A stretch of 64,000 nt of DNA from Paramecium tetraurelia (Eukaryota). Below are positions 28,593 through 41,973 of this stretch, piece by piece; position 1 is the stretch's first letter; every line of letters starts with the position of its first letter. The notes beneath the pieces are model-generated. The model saw only the letters and a list, made by a program, of their open reading frames with translations, ran no database searches and was not told where the DNA came from. A program made the position numbers and the translations under genes. The DNA lies in contig CT867997.1 of NCBI GenBank assembly GCA_000165425.1, forward strand, positions 496,001-560,000, read 5' to 3'.

Positions 28593-29760
28593 ATATATTC
28601 TAACATTTGTAAATTAAAATACAAATAATCAATTTTAAATAAAAATTTACAAATTTACAAATATCTTTAAACAATTATTGTATTTATATATTATTAAGAT
28701 TTAAAAATATAAAATTTCTACATACATTATCAAGTTTCACAATAATCTTATGTTATTTTTAATAAAACCCTATATATTATTCATTGAAAATTATAAAGTT
28801 ACATGTAATTTGAGTTACCTATTCAATTTTAAAATTCTTTATGTAATTTGTTATACATTTTTCTCTTTCCAAATAAATTCTCAATATCTACTTTACCTTT
28901 GCAATTACTTCAAAAAAAAATAGACATTTAACTTTTTCTACTCTTATACGTTGCACACTCAGAAAAAATTATCTTATTCTCCATTTTAATCAATTTTCTT
29001 TGTAAGAATTCTATCTATTAATGAACAGCACTACTTAGAGTTTAGAATTAGAAAATTGAATTACAATGTTATCTCTCTATCCTAGTTCACATTCTTAAAT
29101 ACAGATTCTAAAATGTTCTTTTGAGCTAATTATATATTTAAGAATAAATTCTTCAATTTTTAATAACTTAAATTCAAGTTTCCAGCAACATTTCTTTTTC
29201 ATTTTTATACAATCAGCAACCAATTAGCCTTAGTGTATTTTAACTATTAATTTGTTCCATCTTCACCTATTCTATTCTAAAACATTGTTAAACTATTATA
29301 AGTAATTATTTTCTTTGTATCTAATAGCATCCGGTTAAAATTTCATAACCTTTAAACTTACTCTATCCTAAATTAATATTTTAAGTAATGTAAGTATTTA
29401 ATATTAAGAGAGATTGTAATAAACGCGTAAATATTCCTGCTACATTTGTATTAAATATGAATTAAATATAAAGTCTAAATAGCTTAATCCTATATTTTCT
29501 ATAATATTAATCAAATATTAATGGTGGAACTAAGATCTGATATTTCAGAGCAAGGATCTAATTGTAATTGTTTATCTATATTATATAAGGGACAGGATTT
29601 ATGTTAGATTTGAATTTAATTTAAAAAAATGTTTGATAAAGATTATTTAATTTTGGATATACATTATGTGTTGCATTATAATATTAAATCGGTGTTAAAT
29701 AACATCTTAAAAAGACACTTTAAATTTTATTAGATTTGATATCAATAAATTTATTTAATA

Positions 29761-31413
29761 ATGGGAGCATGTGGTGGTAAATCAGGAGGAGATAAGCAAC
29801 AGGCGATGTCGAAAGAACAGAAACGTAAGCGAATTATTTTGAGTCTTAGAATTGGCTGTAAATAAATTCGAGGTTGGCCCCAACATCTTTGTCAATTTAA
29901 AGTAGGGTGATATAACTGATACTTATATCATTAACAAAATATTAGGAGAAGGTATTAACATAGAATTATCAGTCAGGTTCGTACGGATAGGTGAGACTGG
30001 TTTAACATAAGAAGACTGGCTAATAAAGAGCAATGAAGCAAATATAAAAAAAAAAAATTCTCAAGGAACAAGAAGACGCTATGTTTAGTGAAGTGGCCTT
30101 ACTAAAAGATATGGATCATTAGAACATCGTCAAATTATTCGAATTGTATCAGGATAGTCAAAATTACTATTTGGTTACCGAATACTTGAATGGAGGGGAA
30201 TTGCTAGATAAATTAACAAAGTTGTCAACCTTTAACGAGAGAACAGCAGCAGATTACATGAAATAAGTATTATCAGCCCTCTCTTATTGTCATGCATAAA
30301 ATATTATTCATAGGTAATCAAAAATTTCGAATTATGTAGGGATATGAAACCATCAAATATCATGTTAGCATCTCCAGATCCCAAATCTCCTATAAAAGTC
30401 ATTGATTTTGGTACTGCCAAAAAATAATTAAGTGGAGAATCTTAGACTTAAGTTATAGGAACAGTACTTATACTCTCTAATTTTTATTATAGCCGTTGTA
30501 CATAGCCCCTGAAGTCATCGACAAAAATTATACTGAAAAATGTGATATATGGTCATGTGGAGTAATTTTGTATTAAATACTAACTGGTAAATTCCCATTC
30601 GACGTCAAGGTCTAAAGTTTACAGCAATTGTTCAACAATATCAAATCAGGAAAATATAATTTTAATTCTAAAGAGTTTACTAGTTTATCTTTTGAGGCTC
30701 AAAATTTAATCAAATCTATGCTTTAATTGGATCCCAAGAAGAGACCATCAGCAAGTGAGATTTTGAATGATCCTTGGATCAAAGAAAAAGCAAAAGAGGA
30801 TAAGATAAGTTTGGATGTAATGAACGATTTAGGCAAATTTCATGTAAAGAATATTATTCTATTATTCTTAGAATGAAAGTAATATGAGAGCAGCCATTTT
30901 ATAATTGATTGCTGGTGAAATGATGACAAATGAAGAAAAAGACTAATTAAACTAAACCTTTTAGAGTATGGATAAAAACAAGGACGGATAACTGTCGAAA
31001 GAAGAATTAGTCTAAGGTATTTATTAGTTCCATAAAATAGCTTACAGTCAGGTTTTTAATGATGAATTAAAGGCTAAGCATTTAGTCGAGGATATTTTTA
31101 CATAAATTGATTAAAATAATTCAGGAAAAATAAGTTACACAGAATTTCTGGTTGCATCATCTAAATAAAATACGATTTTATCAAAAACTAAAATAGATTA
31201 AGCCTTTAAAATGTTTGATAAGGTATTTATGATAATTATCAATAGGATGGTAATGGTTAAATTACTAAGCAAGAATTATAAGATATCATGTGTGGCGTTG
31301 ATATTGATAATGCCTAATGGGGACAAATCATAGCTTAATGTGATAAAAATGGAGATGGAATCATCTAATATGATGAATTTGCGAATATGTTATTATAAAC
31401 TGCCAAAAAATGA
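29761..31413 (+). CDS. CDPK: Calcium-dependent protein kinase (CDPK)
   Basis: MGACGG acylation motif, LGEGSYGQV, HRDMKPSN, IDFG, YIAPE, and four EF-hand loops (DKNKDGQLSKEE, DQNNSGKISYTE, DKDGNGQITKQE, DKNGDGIIQYDE). Multiple tiny introns. Confidence 0.96.
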
Positions 31414-31517
31414 TTTATTTTACATAATATTTGCATATTTGATATTTGTATTTATCATGTATTAAAAAAAGAATCTTATATTTATTGATATATATTCATA
31501 TATAAAATACATAGTAT

Positions 31518-32537
31518 TCAGTAGTTACTATAAAACCTTATGCTATCTACTTTTTCAATGTTACTTCTGAAACTACCTTAATAACATAAATCTTTTATTT
31601 TCATTGAACAATGACCATCTTTTTGATTTCTCTTCATCTAACATTCAAGTTTCTAACTCTCTTTTAAAAAGTATATGTTGCATTCCCCACTAATATGATT
31701 ATCAAAAAATTATCCCTCTGCTTTCACATTAGAATCTAACAAGATAATTCCTTCACCATTGAAGAGACCCTCGTTAAACCCACCTATGTACTTTTTAGCA
31801 TCCTAACCTTCTGTAATTATTTATAACTCTCCTTTCCCTTCTGGACATCCCTTCTCAAAAAAGCCACTATATATCAATTAGCATCCAAATTTCTTATTCC
31901 ATTATGTTAGTTTCCCTTTTCCTTCGGGTTCATCTTCTAACCATTAACCTTCATACTAATCGCCATTTTTGTATTAAAGTATTCCTTCTCCATGTTTTAA
32001 ATTATTTTAAAAATCTCCCACATATGTTCCTTCAATATTTTCTAGCTTTCCTTTGCCATTGAACTATCCCATTTCAAAATTCCCTTCGTATTTTGAATTT
32101 TGCCAAAGAAGCAATCCCTTCCCATGAAACTTATTATTATAAAAGCCACCTTTATATTCTAGTTCATTGGTTTTAAAATGTCCTTATCCTTAATATTTAT
32201 CATTAACAAAATCCCCTTTAAAAAAACAATTACCATCAAATATTAATGTTCCAAATCCATCTTTTTTGAACTCTTCATTAATAGATCCCTTGTATTTATA
32301 ATTTGGCCCATCTATTTACCACTCACTTTTTAAATCAGGCTAGCCATTTATCCAATTACCAGTCAAAGAGAGTTTATTTATACTTAATTGGCCTTCACCA
32401 TGAAATTTTCCATTAAAGAATTTCCCTTTGAAAAATGAATTATCCTCATTAAACTTTAAAGTTCCACTTCCATTCAACTTGGTACTATTTTGATCTCTAA
32501 TACCTTCAAACTTGTCTCCATTTTTAAATAATATCAT
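31518..32537 (-). CDS. MORN-repeat protein
   Basis: Repeated Y/F-x-G-x-F-x-N-G-x-x-H/N-G-x-G units along an apparently intron-less frame. Confidence 0.9.
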
Positions 32538-33058
32538 ATTATTGATTATATTATTTAATAAATAATTTATTTAGTTATACTATTTTAATAGATTCATAAT
32601 TTCTCAATTACAATATTCATCTTATTTATAATCAACTTTTAATGATCAGAACTGAAAATGAGATGCAGGTTACACTTCTATTAATATACCAAGTAAAGTA
32701 GCAGAAATGTGAAAATTAATAAGCAACTAGTAATATTCTATTTACTAAATTAAAATGTTTGACTAGCAGTGCCTTTTGATTTATAAAATGCTTCAATCAA
32801 GTTGCCATTTAGATGAAAAAGATTTGAAGAAATATTAGAATATGTAAAAAGATTTAACAAAGCTGTTAAGATTTAAAAATTGTTGAATCATTAATTAAAA
32901 AAATGATAATAATATTATAAGACTTAAAGATTCCTTAGAACTTTTAAATTTAAACTTTTTTGTTACATCTAATCGTAGTATAAACACTACTAAATTAATA
33001 TAATTAATTGAGATTTCAAAGGCTTATAGATATCTGAAGAGATTTAATTAAATTAATT

Positions 33059-34451
33059 ATGGATTTAATTGATACAAAAGTAATTGAGTTGAGTTCTAAA
33101 ACAGGTATTCCAGATGATTAATTAAAAATCTTCATTTCCTTAATCCTTTGCACATTATTTGGATTCTTTTTTAAATTATCCATTAGAGGTAATAAATTGA
33201 ATAGATGATATAGGAAGGTAAGCTAGATTGATTGCAGGATCAGTATTTGGTGTCCTAATCACTTACTATATTTATAGAAGTTAAATCGTCAATGTGTTAT
33301 TTTAGACAGTTGTGGTTTATATAATGGTTAAAGTGTTGGGGAAGAAAAGTCCTTGGCCTGTATTTGTGGAATCTATGATATTCGTGGCTGCTCATCATAT
33401 CTACAGATAATATACTGACTACGGAGGCTGGAAGATGGATGTTACTACTATTTTGATGATGGATACTCCAAAATGGACTGCATTTGCTTTCTGTGTTAGC
33501 GATGGATTGAAAACATAGTTGAGTAAAGAACAGGAAATTAGAAAGATTGCTAAATTGCCTTCTTTCTTTGAGTATTTCTCCTTTATTTTCTTCTTTGCTG
33601 GCAGTGTGTTAGGACCATGCTTTGATTACTATGACTTCGATTAATTCATAAATGAGGATAACGAATATAAAAATATTCCATCAACAATCAAGGAGACATT
33701 AAGATTATTAAAGAATGCAATAATCTGTATGGGTATCTTTCTATTTACTGAAAAATACTTCCCTTTGCATTTTGTTGCCACAGATGAATTCGGAACGTAC
33801 AATGTTTTATATTAAACCCTTTGGTTTAACATTATGGTTGCAATCCAAAGGACCAAATATTATGGAGGATGGCAATTAGGAGAAATGAGTATGGCTTCTT
33901 GTGGTATTACCTATTAAGGAGATGGAAAATTTGAGAAAATCAAAGCTATTGATGTAGATTGGGATTTGACATATAATATGAAGGACAAGGTAGAGAAATG
34001 GAACATCTCCATTTAAACTTGGTTAAGAAGATATGTCTATACTCGTATTTATACAGAAGAAGAAATGAAGAAGAGTTCATCTAAATAAAACTTTGCTTAT
34101 CAAATGACGTATGTTGTGTCATCATTGTGGCATGGATTCTATATTGGTTATTACTTTTCATTCTTCCAATGGGCTATTATGAACAATGTAAACAAGGCAA
34201 TATTCAGAGTGTCATGCAATACCAATTATTTGAAAATATTTGAAACAAACCCATTAGCCAAGATTGTTAGATGGTATGTAGCCAACACTGTCTTCAATGT
34301 ATTTGGAATTACATTTTTATTATTGAGTGTGGACCCAATTTTAAAATTCTATAGTAATATTAGGTATGTTCCTCACATTTTGTTATATGGCACATATGCT
34401 TTCTTCTTAATCACTAATTTCGGTTAGAAGAGTAAAAAATAAAAAGAATGA
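33059..34451 (+). CDS. MBOAT-family lysophospholipid acyltransferase (LPCAT/ALE1-like)
   Basis: YGGWKMDVT, GSVLGPCFDY, RTKYYGGW, WNISIQTWLRRYVY, catalytic SSLWHG. Multiple TM helices. Confidence 0.95.
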
Positions 34452-34585
34452 AAGTATATATTTTATAAAATATATAAATGTTAAATAACTCTTTGATTAT
34501 CTATATTTATTTCACAAAGATAAATAAATTAAATTCAATCTTTAGGTTACACATAGTTAATATCTGCTAATATTTATTGAGATCA

Positions 34586-34831
34586 TCAGTATTATCTTGG
34601 TTTTGAGGCAGTATTAGGTGAAAACGACGTAGTAATTTCAGATGACTATTCTTTTGACTTTTGATCTTTAATATTCCAATGAATTTGAACTGGCATTCTC
34701 GAAGCTGGATGCTACTCATCAAGCGCATATGGCATCATAATGATCTCATGAGAAGATGGAAATGTAGGAGGAGGGGAGGAAATAATGATGTCATTCTTCG
34801 TGTATTAGTGTTTTTAAATGTTGCAGCCCAT
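34586..34831 (-). CDS. Small (81 aa) hypothetical protein with MGC N-acylation motif
   Basis: Intron-less MGCNIQKHQYTKNDIIISSPPTFPSS..SKPRQY-TGA, with coding-like GC content. Confidence 0.6.
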
Positions 34832-35448
34832 AATTAATATAATAAAATAATGAAATGCAAATATTAAAAAATAAGTTAAAATATGATCTTCTAGACAGTA
34901 AAATCACCATTTATAAATTATAATATTTAACTCTATCCATTTAAAGAATTCAACTTTACACTTTTAAGTATTAGTTAATTTTCGAATCATTACACTTATC
35001 TCTTCTAATTATTTTAGAATCAGGGCTTAATTTTCTATTTATAAAGACATTTTATCTTTAACTTAATATATGATATTTTAAGAAGATATTAAATTTTAAT
35101 TATAGGCGTGCAGATTCGTCAATATAAAAATTAATAATTTTTGATTCATATTCTCAATTCATTTGAATTATTAATGAAAGAACTTAATTAATAGTTCAAT
35201 ACTATGTTATTTATACGGAATAGTAATTTCTTTTCAAAATAATAAGAATCAATCTCTATTAGGTAAATAGAATATTCAAAATTCGAAAACAAAGTTATGA
35301 AACCTTTTTTTAAATCAATAATAATTTATTATTAATGGTAGATTAGTATTCCCATATAATGTTGAAGATCATCTACTTATTTTACCAAAATAAGTGATTC
35401 TAATTTAAATAACATATAAATAATTTAAGCAATAAAATAAATATAAAA

Positions 35449-36590
35449 TCACTTTTTTTTCTTTGCCATTCCTTTCTTCTTTTTCGGCAGACTCTTTAAA
35501 TAAACATCATATCTTCTACTCTAAACCATTATTAAGAATTAATTACATTTAAATCCTCCTTCTCCATAATGGCTCTTTCCCTAATCCTTTAGTACATTTC
35601 TTCAAGATCCCAAGATCTGATTAGATGATCATATGAACCAGAATAAAGGAGTCCATTAGCAAGTGCCAAAGTTGTTACTCCATCAATGTGTCCTGAGAAG
35701 TCCTCTTTCATTTCCCAGTTTTTCATTTCATAAACCCTGATTTTTTTATCATCTGTTCCTACATACAAATATGGATCATGAACAAGCATGCATAAAGCCC
35801 ATCCATGTAAACCTACAATTACTTTAATAGGTTGTGGATTAGGCTAATCTAATTATGAGAGTTCATAGATGTGTATAAAATTATCAATGGTGCCAAGAAT
35901 CAAAAGATTCTTATGTACTAAATATGACATGATAGTAAAATTAGGGAATTGAACACTTCTAACAATGGATTATTTGTAAGGATCTACTTAGACGATGGTG
36001 TTTTTGCCATATAATAAATTAATTTCCTTATCGAAGACCACATTCATCATATTGATTGGATATCCTATATTGAATATAACTTCGCATTCATTGCTAGTGG
36101 TATCCCAGAGTCTCACAGTACCATCTAACGAACTGGATGCCAGTTATCTGATATTTAGGAAATGAATTGATGTAATCTAAGCCTTATGTCCTTGATAGGC
36201 ATAGACTGGCTCTCCAGTTTTTATGTTATTGGATTTGATGAAACCATCGTCATATCCAACATAAATGTTGAATTCAGAAAATGTTGCAGCACATATGATG
36301 TTTCCCTTCATGCTTTATTGATTTTCATCTTAATCTTATACTGTAGTGTCATCCGAGATTTTGGATATCAGAAATTTGGATGCAATTTATCTATTCAATA
36401 GATCCCAACCTTAAGTAGTTATATAAATACTTTTAACATTTCCATCTCTGGATGCAGAGTAAAGGTAATTGCCATTATTTCCATATGGACTAATCAATGT
36501 AATGATGGCATCTTTGTGTCCTTTGAGTCTGTCTTTAAATGCCTTGCTCTTAATCTGTTTAGGAGGTTTTGCAAATTATTATTAATACAT
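35449..36590 (-). CDS. WD40-repeat protein
   Basis: LKGHKDAI..LYSASRDG..WD; GHKAQITSI..ASSSLDGTVRLWD; SGHIDGVTTLAL..LYSGSYDHLIRSWD. Confidence 0.92.
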
Positions 36591-36625
36591 ATAAATATGA
36601 ATATTAATATTAATATATATATGAA

Positions 36626-38056
36626 TCAATATGACACTGATTTAATAATGTTGACTTGTTATTGATCTTCATTTGAAAATGAAATGGCTTCATAATTACC
36701 TACAATTAATAATTAAAAATACATTTTTCCTTATCAATACCAGCTACTTCAGCATCTGAATCAATTCTCAAAACAGCAAATCCTTTGAGAACTATCAAGA
36801 TGAAGAAAACAAAGAAGGCAACCCAGACTGTGATAATCAATAATCCTAACAATTAGCATCCCAATAATTTCATTCCTTTTCCATAGAATAATCCTCCATT
36901 GACATCCAATAATCCTGTAAATAAGACTCCAATGAATCCGCCATGCTAAAATATGAATTAATTGAATACCAAGAAAATAGGGACAACTTATACTGGATCA
37001 TCTAATTTGACTTTAGGTAAGGCTGTAGCTGTTAAGGTATAAACAATGCCAGCAATAGAAGCAACAATAGTAGTAGCCCAAATCTAAGATTCATGAGCAG
37101 CTGCTGAACTGGCCACCAATCCAGCCAATATTCCTCTAGAGATTGAAAATAGACTTGTTGTTTCTTTTGTGAAGTATCTTGTAAGAAAACTCCAAAATCC
37201 TCCTGCAGCTCCAGCAACCAAAGTATTAACTGCCACCAATCCTTGAACATATGGAGTTGCTTAGCCAGATTAAATTTAACCACCATTTATGAACATCCAT
37301 GTAGCGAAGAGTATGACTGTTCCAAATGCCACATAGATTGAAGTGAATGGTTAAAAGTTCAAAGAAGAATTTGGATCAAATCTATATTTTCTTGGTTTGG
37401 ATACAACTGTCACTACTAATGCAGCAACGCCAGCTGAATAGAAGATGAATCCTGATCCTGCCATGTCTTTGTATCCTAATTTAGTTAACCAACCGTTGGA
37501 ATTTGTCCAATGAACTATTGCAGGTGATACAAATCCTGAATAAAAGAGGGCCAAAACACCCCAGGCTAAGAATGTTAATCTTTCAGCTGCTCCACCTGAT
37601 ACAATTGATACTCCAATGCAGGATAATGTAGCTTTGAACACTAAAATAATAATTAAAATTAACTACCAAAATTTGAATAATCATTTTATGCTTCTGTTGC
37701 TGCCCAATTGTATGCTCCAAGCTTTGTGCCTCCCAAGAAGAATGTTCCAAAATCATCACCATAAGAAAATCCATAGCCGAACTATTTTGAATTATTAACA
37801 ATTATCTTACCAACCAATATATCAATACTGTCAAACACATTCCAAGAAATACCTTTATAACTATTGACTAGGCATTCTTATATCTAACAGATCCAGCCTC
37901 CAAAAATCCAAAACCCAATTAAGAAAAAGCTAGTACAATACCAGCAATCAGCAACCAATCTTCATCTAAATGACTTGCACCAGGTGCTCCTGCTGGTGGA
38001 TTTGAGACTGGAGGAGGATTTGCTGTGTTAGGGCTGTCAAGATAATGTTGTTACAT
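36626..38056 (-). CDS. AMT: Ammonium transporter (Amt) family protein with non-canonical pore residues
   Basis: GFGFLEAGSVRYKN, IVSGGAAER, GWLTKLGYKDMAGSG, KPRKYRF, NTLVAGAAGG, GILAGLVASSA, LDDPV, GGLFYG. Confidence 0.93.
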
Positions 38057-38086
38057 AGTTTGAAATATAAATTAATATTTTAACAA

Positions 38087-39092
38087 TCATTTTTCTTTAA
38101 TTTTAAATAAGGGAACTTTGGCCTTTGATAATTTATTTGATTTTGATTTAGGTTCAATCAATCCTCTTCTTACAAAACCATCAAATTCACTCTTCACCAA
38201 TAAATCTCCTTGAGTTACATGTCTCAAGTGACTCTTCAATTAGTCATCTAACACAAATTCATCTTATGTTACTTCCACTCTTCAAATATATATAAAAACA
38301 CTTACTTTTTATTTCCTACTTTTATTGGCACCAAATTTCTGCCTGACAATTTCCTTGCTCTCTCTAAGAGTTTCTTCTCTTTTCTTTATTACTTTCTTTT
38401 TTCTTGTCTCAACTTAGCTTCAGCATTAAGTTCTTTCTTTATTTTTTTGACTAATAAGAGTTCATGATTCTTCTTCTTTTCAATTAATCTATCAACCACT
38501 TCTTTTCCATGAACTTTTTGAATCATACTCATTTTTCTCTTCTTCTTTTTTTCTCTCTCTCTAATTTAGTTATTATTTATATTAAATACCTTTAGATCAA
38601 CTTTTATGCCTTCTCTGTTTCAGTCTCATCATTTTATAATCTCTAATGTGACCTAATTTCTTTTTTTACTACATCATCTAGTAATTCATTATAATCTTTT
38701 AATTAAGGATTGTATGATTATCCAGGATGAGGAGTAACAATTGCTTTGACTCCTGGAGTTTAAATTTTTCTGAATCTTCCTTCCTCTGCCCATACATCTT
38801 AAATTTCATTTTTTTTCTCTGGTTATTATTGCTTTTTAGTCTACTCTGCCATATTTTAGATTTTTATTTTTTCTTATTTAGATTGTTTCAATGGGTCTGC
38901 AGGCTTCTTCTTGAATCTATCCTTATTTTCATAGATATTGATAGGCTGAGCATCAACCTAAAAATCGACTGGCTTAGCGTCTTTTTATGTAAAATCTATA
39001 TTCTCAAATTCACCCATTTCCACGATGATGTTCTTTCTCCATCTTTGTGTTCCTTATCTGGCTCTCAGATTTTTTTTCTTAATATTTACCAT
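38087..39092 (-). CDS. NOP53: Ribosome biogenesis factor NOP53/GLTSCR2
   Basis: N-terminal RQGTQRWRKNI, PGVKAIVTPHPGQSYNP, and C-terminal LRHVTQGDLLVKSEFDGFVRRGLIEP. Confidence 0.85.
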
Positions 39093-39341
39093 GTATTAAT
39101 TAATTTTAATTATACATAAATTTAATTTCACTAAATATTGTTTCAACCCACCTTGACTATTAAAACATGTTCCAATCCCAGTTTTTTTAATGAATTTAGT
39201 TTGTGATAAAATAAGTGGAGAATGAAATACATTATTTTGATTATATATATCAAGAGAAACATACATAAATTAGTGAAACAAAAATGTAGAAATATTTGAC
39301 GTATTGAATTAGTATATTTTAATTATTAATCCATTTATAAA

Positions 39342-40847
39342 TCAATAGAATCGATTGTATTAATAATTCTGTTGTTGCATCATGTAAAATTGTTGCTATT
39401 AGTATAGCTATTATTACATATTGTTGTACAATTATTATTATTAGAATTATTGTAATTGTTCTTATTATTTTAATTGTTGTTATTGTTAAAATAAATTATA
39501 ATAATATGAAAGCTAATTATTATAATTAAGAACTTAACTATTATTATTATTGCATTCATCATATTAGGATATGTATTAATTACACTATTTAATTGATAAA
39601 TGAGTATCTATTTAGTTCTCATTATTCTATTCCAGCAATTTAGTTTATTTAACTATCAATTATTCCTCTTAATTTTTAGATTAATAATTGATTAAGCTTT
39701 TTTAATTTATTAAATTAGGATACACTTACTTATAATGATACTTTATTCTTGAAATATCTTCAATGGGAATATAACCCTCAGGAATCTAATCCTCTTTCAA
39801 GAAGAGCATAAATATATCATTTTCAAAAATTTGAGATATTTCATAAACCTTTTGGATATTCTGTAAATATTTACCTTCTTAAATTCCTATTCGTTAGTTT
39901 AATCAACTTAAAAGAGTAAGGCCATTTCTTTATTGGAATCCCTTCTCTCCTAACTTGATTGCATCAGAATGCTCTACACTCTTAAAATGGCATCCTTTGA
40001 ATTTTTTACAAAAAGGTCTTTCTTCAAGTACAATTTGACACATTTTTCGAATTTAAGAGCTAGAAATAAAGGGTGTTTGATTTTATGTCTGATGTTCTGA
40101 GCTGTGAAGTAATTAATTAACCCTTGGATTGTATTATCAACTTTTAATAAACATTTAGGTTAATTTTTTCTTTCCTTCTTTACAAATTATTTCTCCAAAT
40201 TCTCTGGTAAAAATGGGTCAATAATAAGTTGAATATTATTATTGAGGGCCTGTTGTCTGGCATGCTTCCGAGAATCGACAAATATATAAGGGGAGCATTT
40301 AGCATCGATAACGGATTACTGGCCGCTATTGATTTAACTAACCACCACCACTATTTGGAACTTTTGAATACTTAATTTTATCATAACATATAATACTTCA
40401 TTCTTGTATGAAGTTGTATTGAACTTTAATTATCTTATTATTGAGATGCCATTCCTGAAGACACCTTCAGAACAGCCTTTGCATCCTATGCTCTCCATTT
40501 CCATTTTCTCATAATTATGTTTTGACAATATAGATATTTGCCACTATCGTTAGTGTATTCAGTACATGATGATCCAAATCATTATCGATCTAGAAGTGAT
40601 AGTGTGGTGATATTACTTTTAATTAACACTCTAGTTCGGGGATGTTCCAAGATTTGTGCCAATTCCATCCAATATTCGTATTAAATGGAAAGGGTTTCCA
40701 TAACTTTAAGTCAAGTTAATAGCTCTGGTTAGAATTCTAGTATTTAAGAACTTTGGAAGCTTCTATTCTTAGAGCTGACCCATTATGAATAATATTATTA
40801 TTGAATGGCTGCCATTCCCATCTAACTACTTCATTTGATAATAACAT
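39342..40847 (-). CDS. Hypothetical protein with a folded N-terminal domain and Q/N/Y-rich C-terminal tail (possible transcription factor)
   Basis: KLWKPFPFNTNIGWNWHKSWNIPEL..QLKFNTTSYKNE..KFQIVVVV..SPYIFVDSRKHAR..NYFTAQNIRHKIKHPLFLALKF. One 22-nt intron. Poly-Q tail. Confidence 0.75.
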
Positions 40848-40988
40848 AGACTAATTTAATTATGCAAAGATTCAATTTATGTTATCACTTATATATGAAT
40901 ATAAAGTAATTCAAATCAAAGATTAATTAACTCTTAAATGTGAATGAAAAAAATATAACTAAGCCATAAAATTTAATTAAACTTTATT

Positions 40989-41245
40989 TCATTCAAGTTT
41001 ATGTTTATATAAAAATTAATTAATATAAGATTATTTTAATTATTATCCATATTTGTGTTTACTAAATAATATTTAATTCCTTTCTTAATTTCCTAGAACC
41101 TCTATCTATTATTTCCATAACACTGTCTTACGTACTTATGTTAAATTTTTCCTTTTTTGACCATTTTAAGACAAATCTATAAACAAGTAAATTATAATTT
41201 AGCTTCATTCTGAGGCTCTGATTGATTTTCGAAATTATCATCCAT
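40989..41245 (-). CDS. Small hypothetical protein (about 84 aa)
   Basis: Open ciliate-code frame MDDNFENQSEPQNEAK..HKLE-TGA with no recognisable motif. Confidence 0.35.
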
Positions 41246-41387
41246 CTTCTCAAAAACTTAATAAAATTTATTCTTAACCAACAAATTCTGGAGAATCAAT
41301 TAATAAATTATATAGAGTCAAGAATTCACAAAAATAATTAGAATAAATTTGCTTTATATTTATTTATTAATGTTACTAATATATACT

Positions 41388-41952
41388 TCATTATTGTGCA
41401 ATTTCCGATTCTTTTTCAGTGTCTTCTTCCGTATAAGGAATGGGAGGATCAACATCAGGGTAGAGACGCTTTGTTAAAATATAACAATGGGGAGGCTCAA
41501 TATCTGTATAGTAATTTCTTTTGTACACAGTCTTCTCAAAACCATGTCTGGAATAAAATTGAAATCCTATTTCGTTGCTAACCCACATATGCAAATATAT
41601 GGTTCTGATTTCCTCATGAGTTTTCACTCTGTTGATTAATTCATTCAATAGCTATGTGCCAAATCCCAAACGACGGTATGCATCCAAAACACCGAAGGTC
41701 ATAATATAGGCAGTCTTCTTCCCATCCTTATCCTCGATCCTGGCTGTTATAGCGCCAACTGCAATGTCATTATAATAACCTGCGCATTACTTAAATTTCA
41801 ATACCAAGAGTGGAAAAGTCTGAATAAGTGAGAATTTTTATATAAAAGTTTTCGCTATAACTTACAGGCAAGGTCTTCTAAGTGATGACCTTGAATTGTT
41901 CCAAATTTTTGTAGTTGATTTCTCCAAAAGCCAATTTTGGTTTCTATTCCAT
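41388..41952 (-). CDS. NAA50: N-alpha-acetyltransferase 50 (NatE catalytic subunit)
   Basis: [68 protein letters not shown]. One intron. Confidence 0.9.
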
Positions 41953-41973
41953 TAATAAATATATATAAAATTA

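Noticed and set aside
40961..40973. Near-match to the snRNA upstream element (AAGCCATAAAATT)
   Set aside because: It has a mismatch in the CCC core and no structured RNA-like sequence 50 nt downstream.
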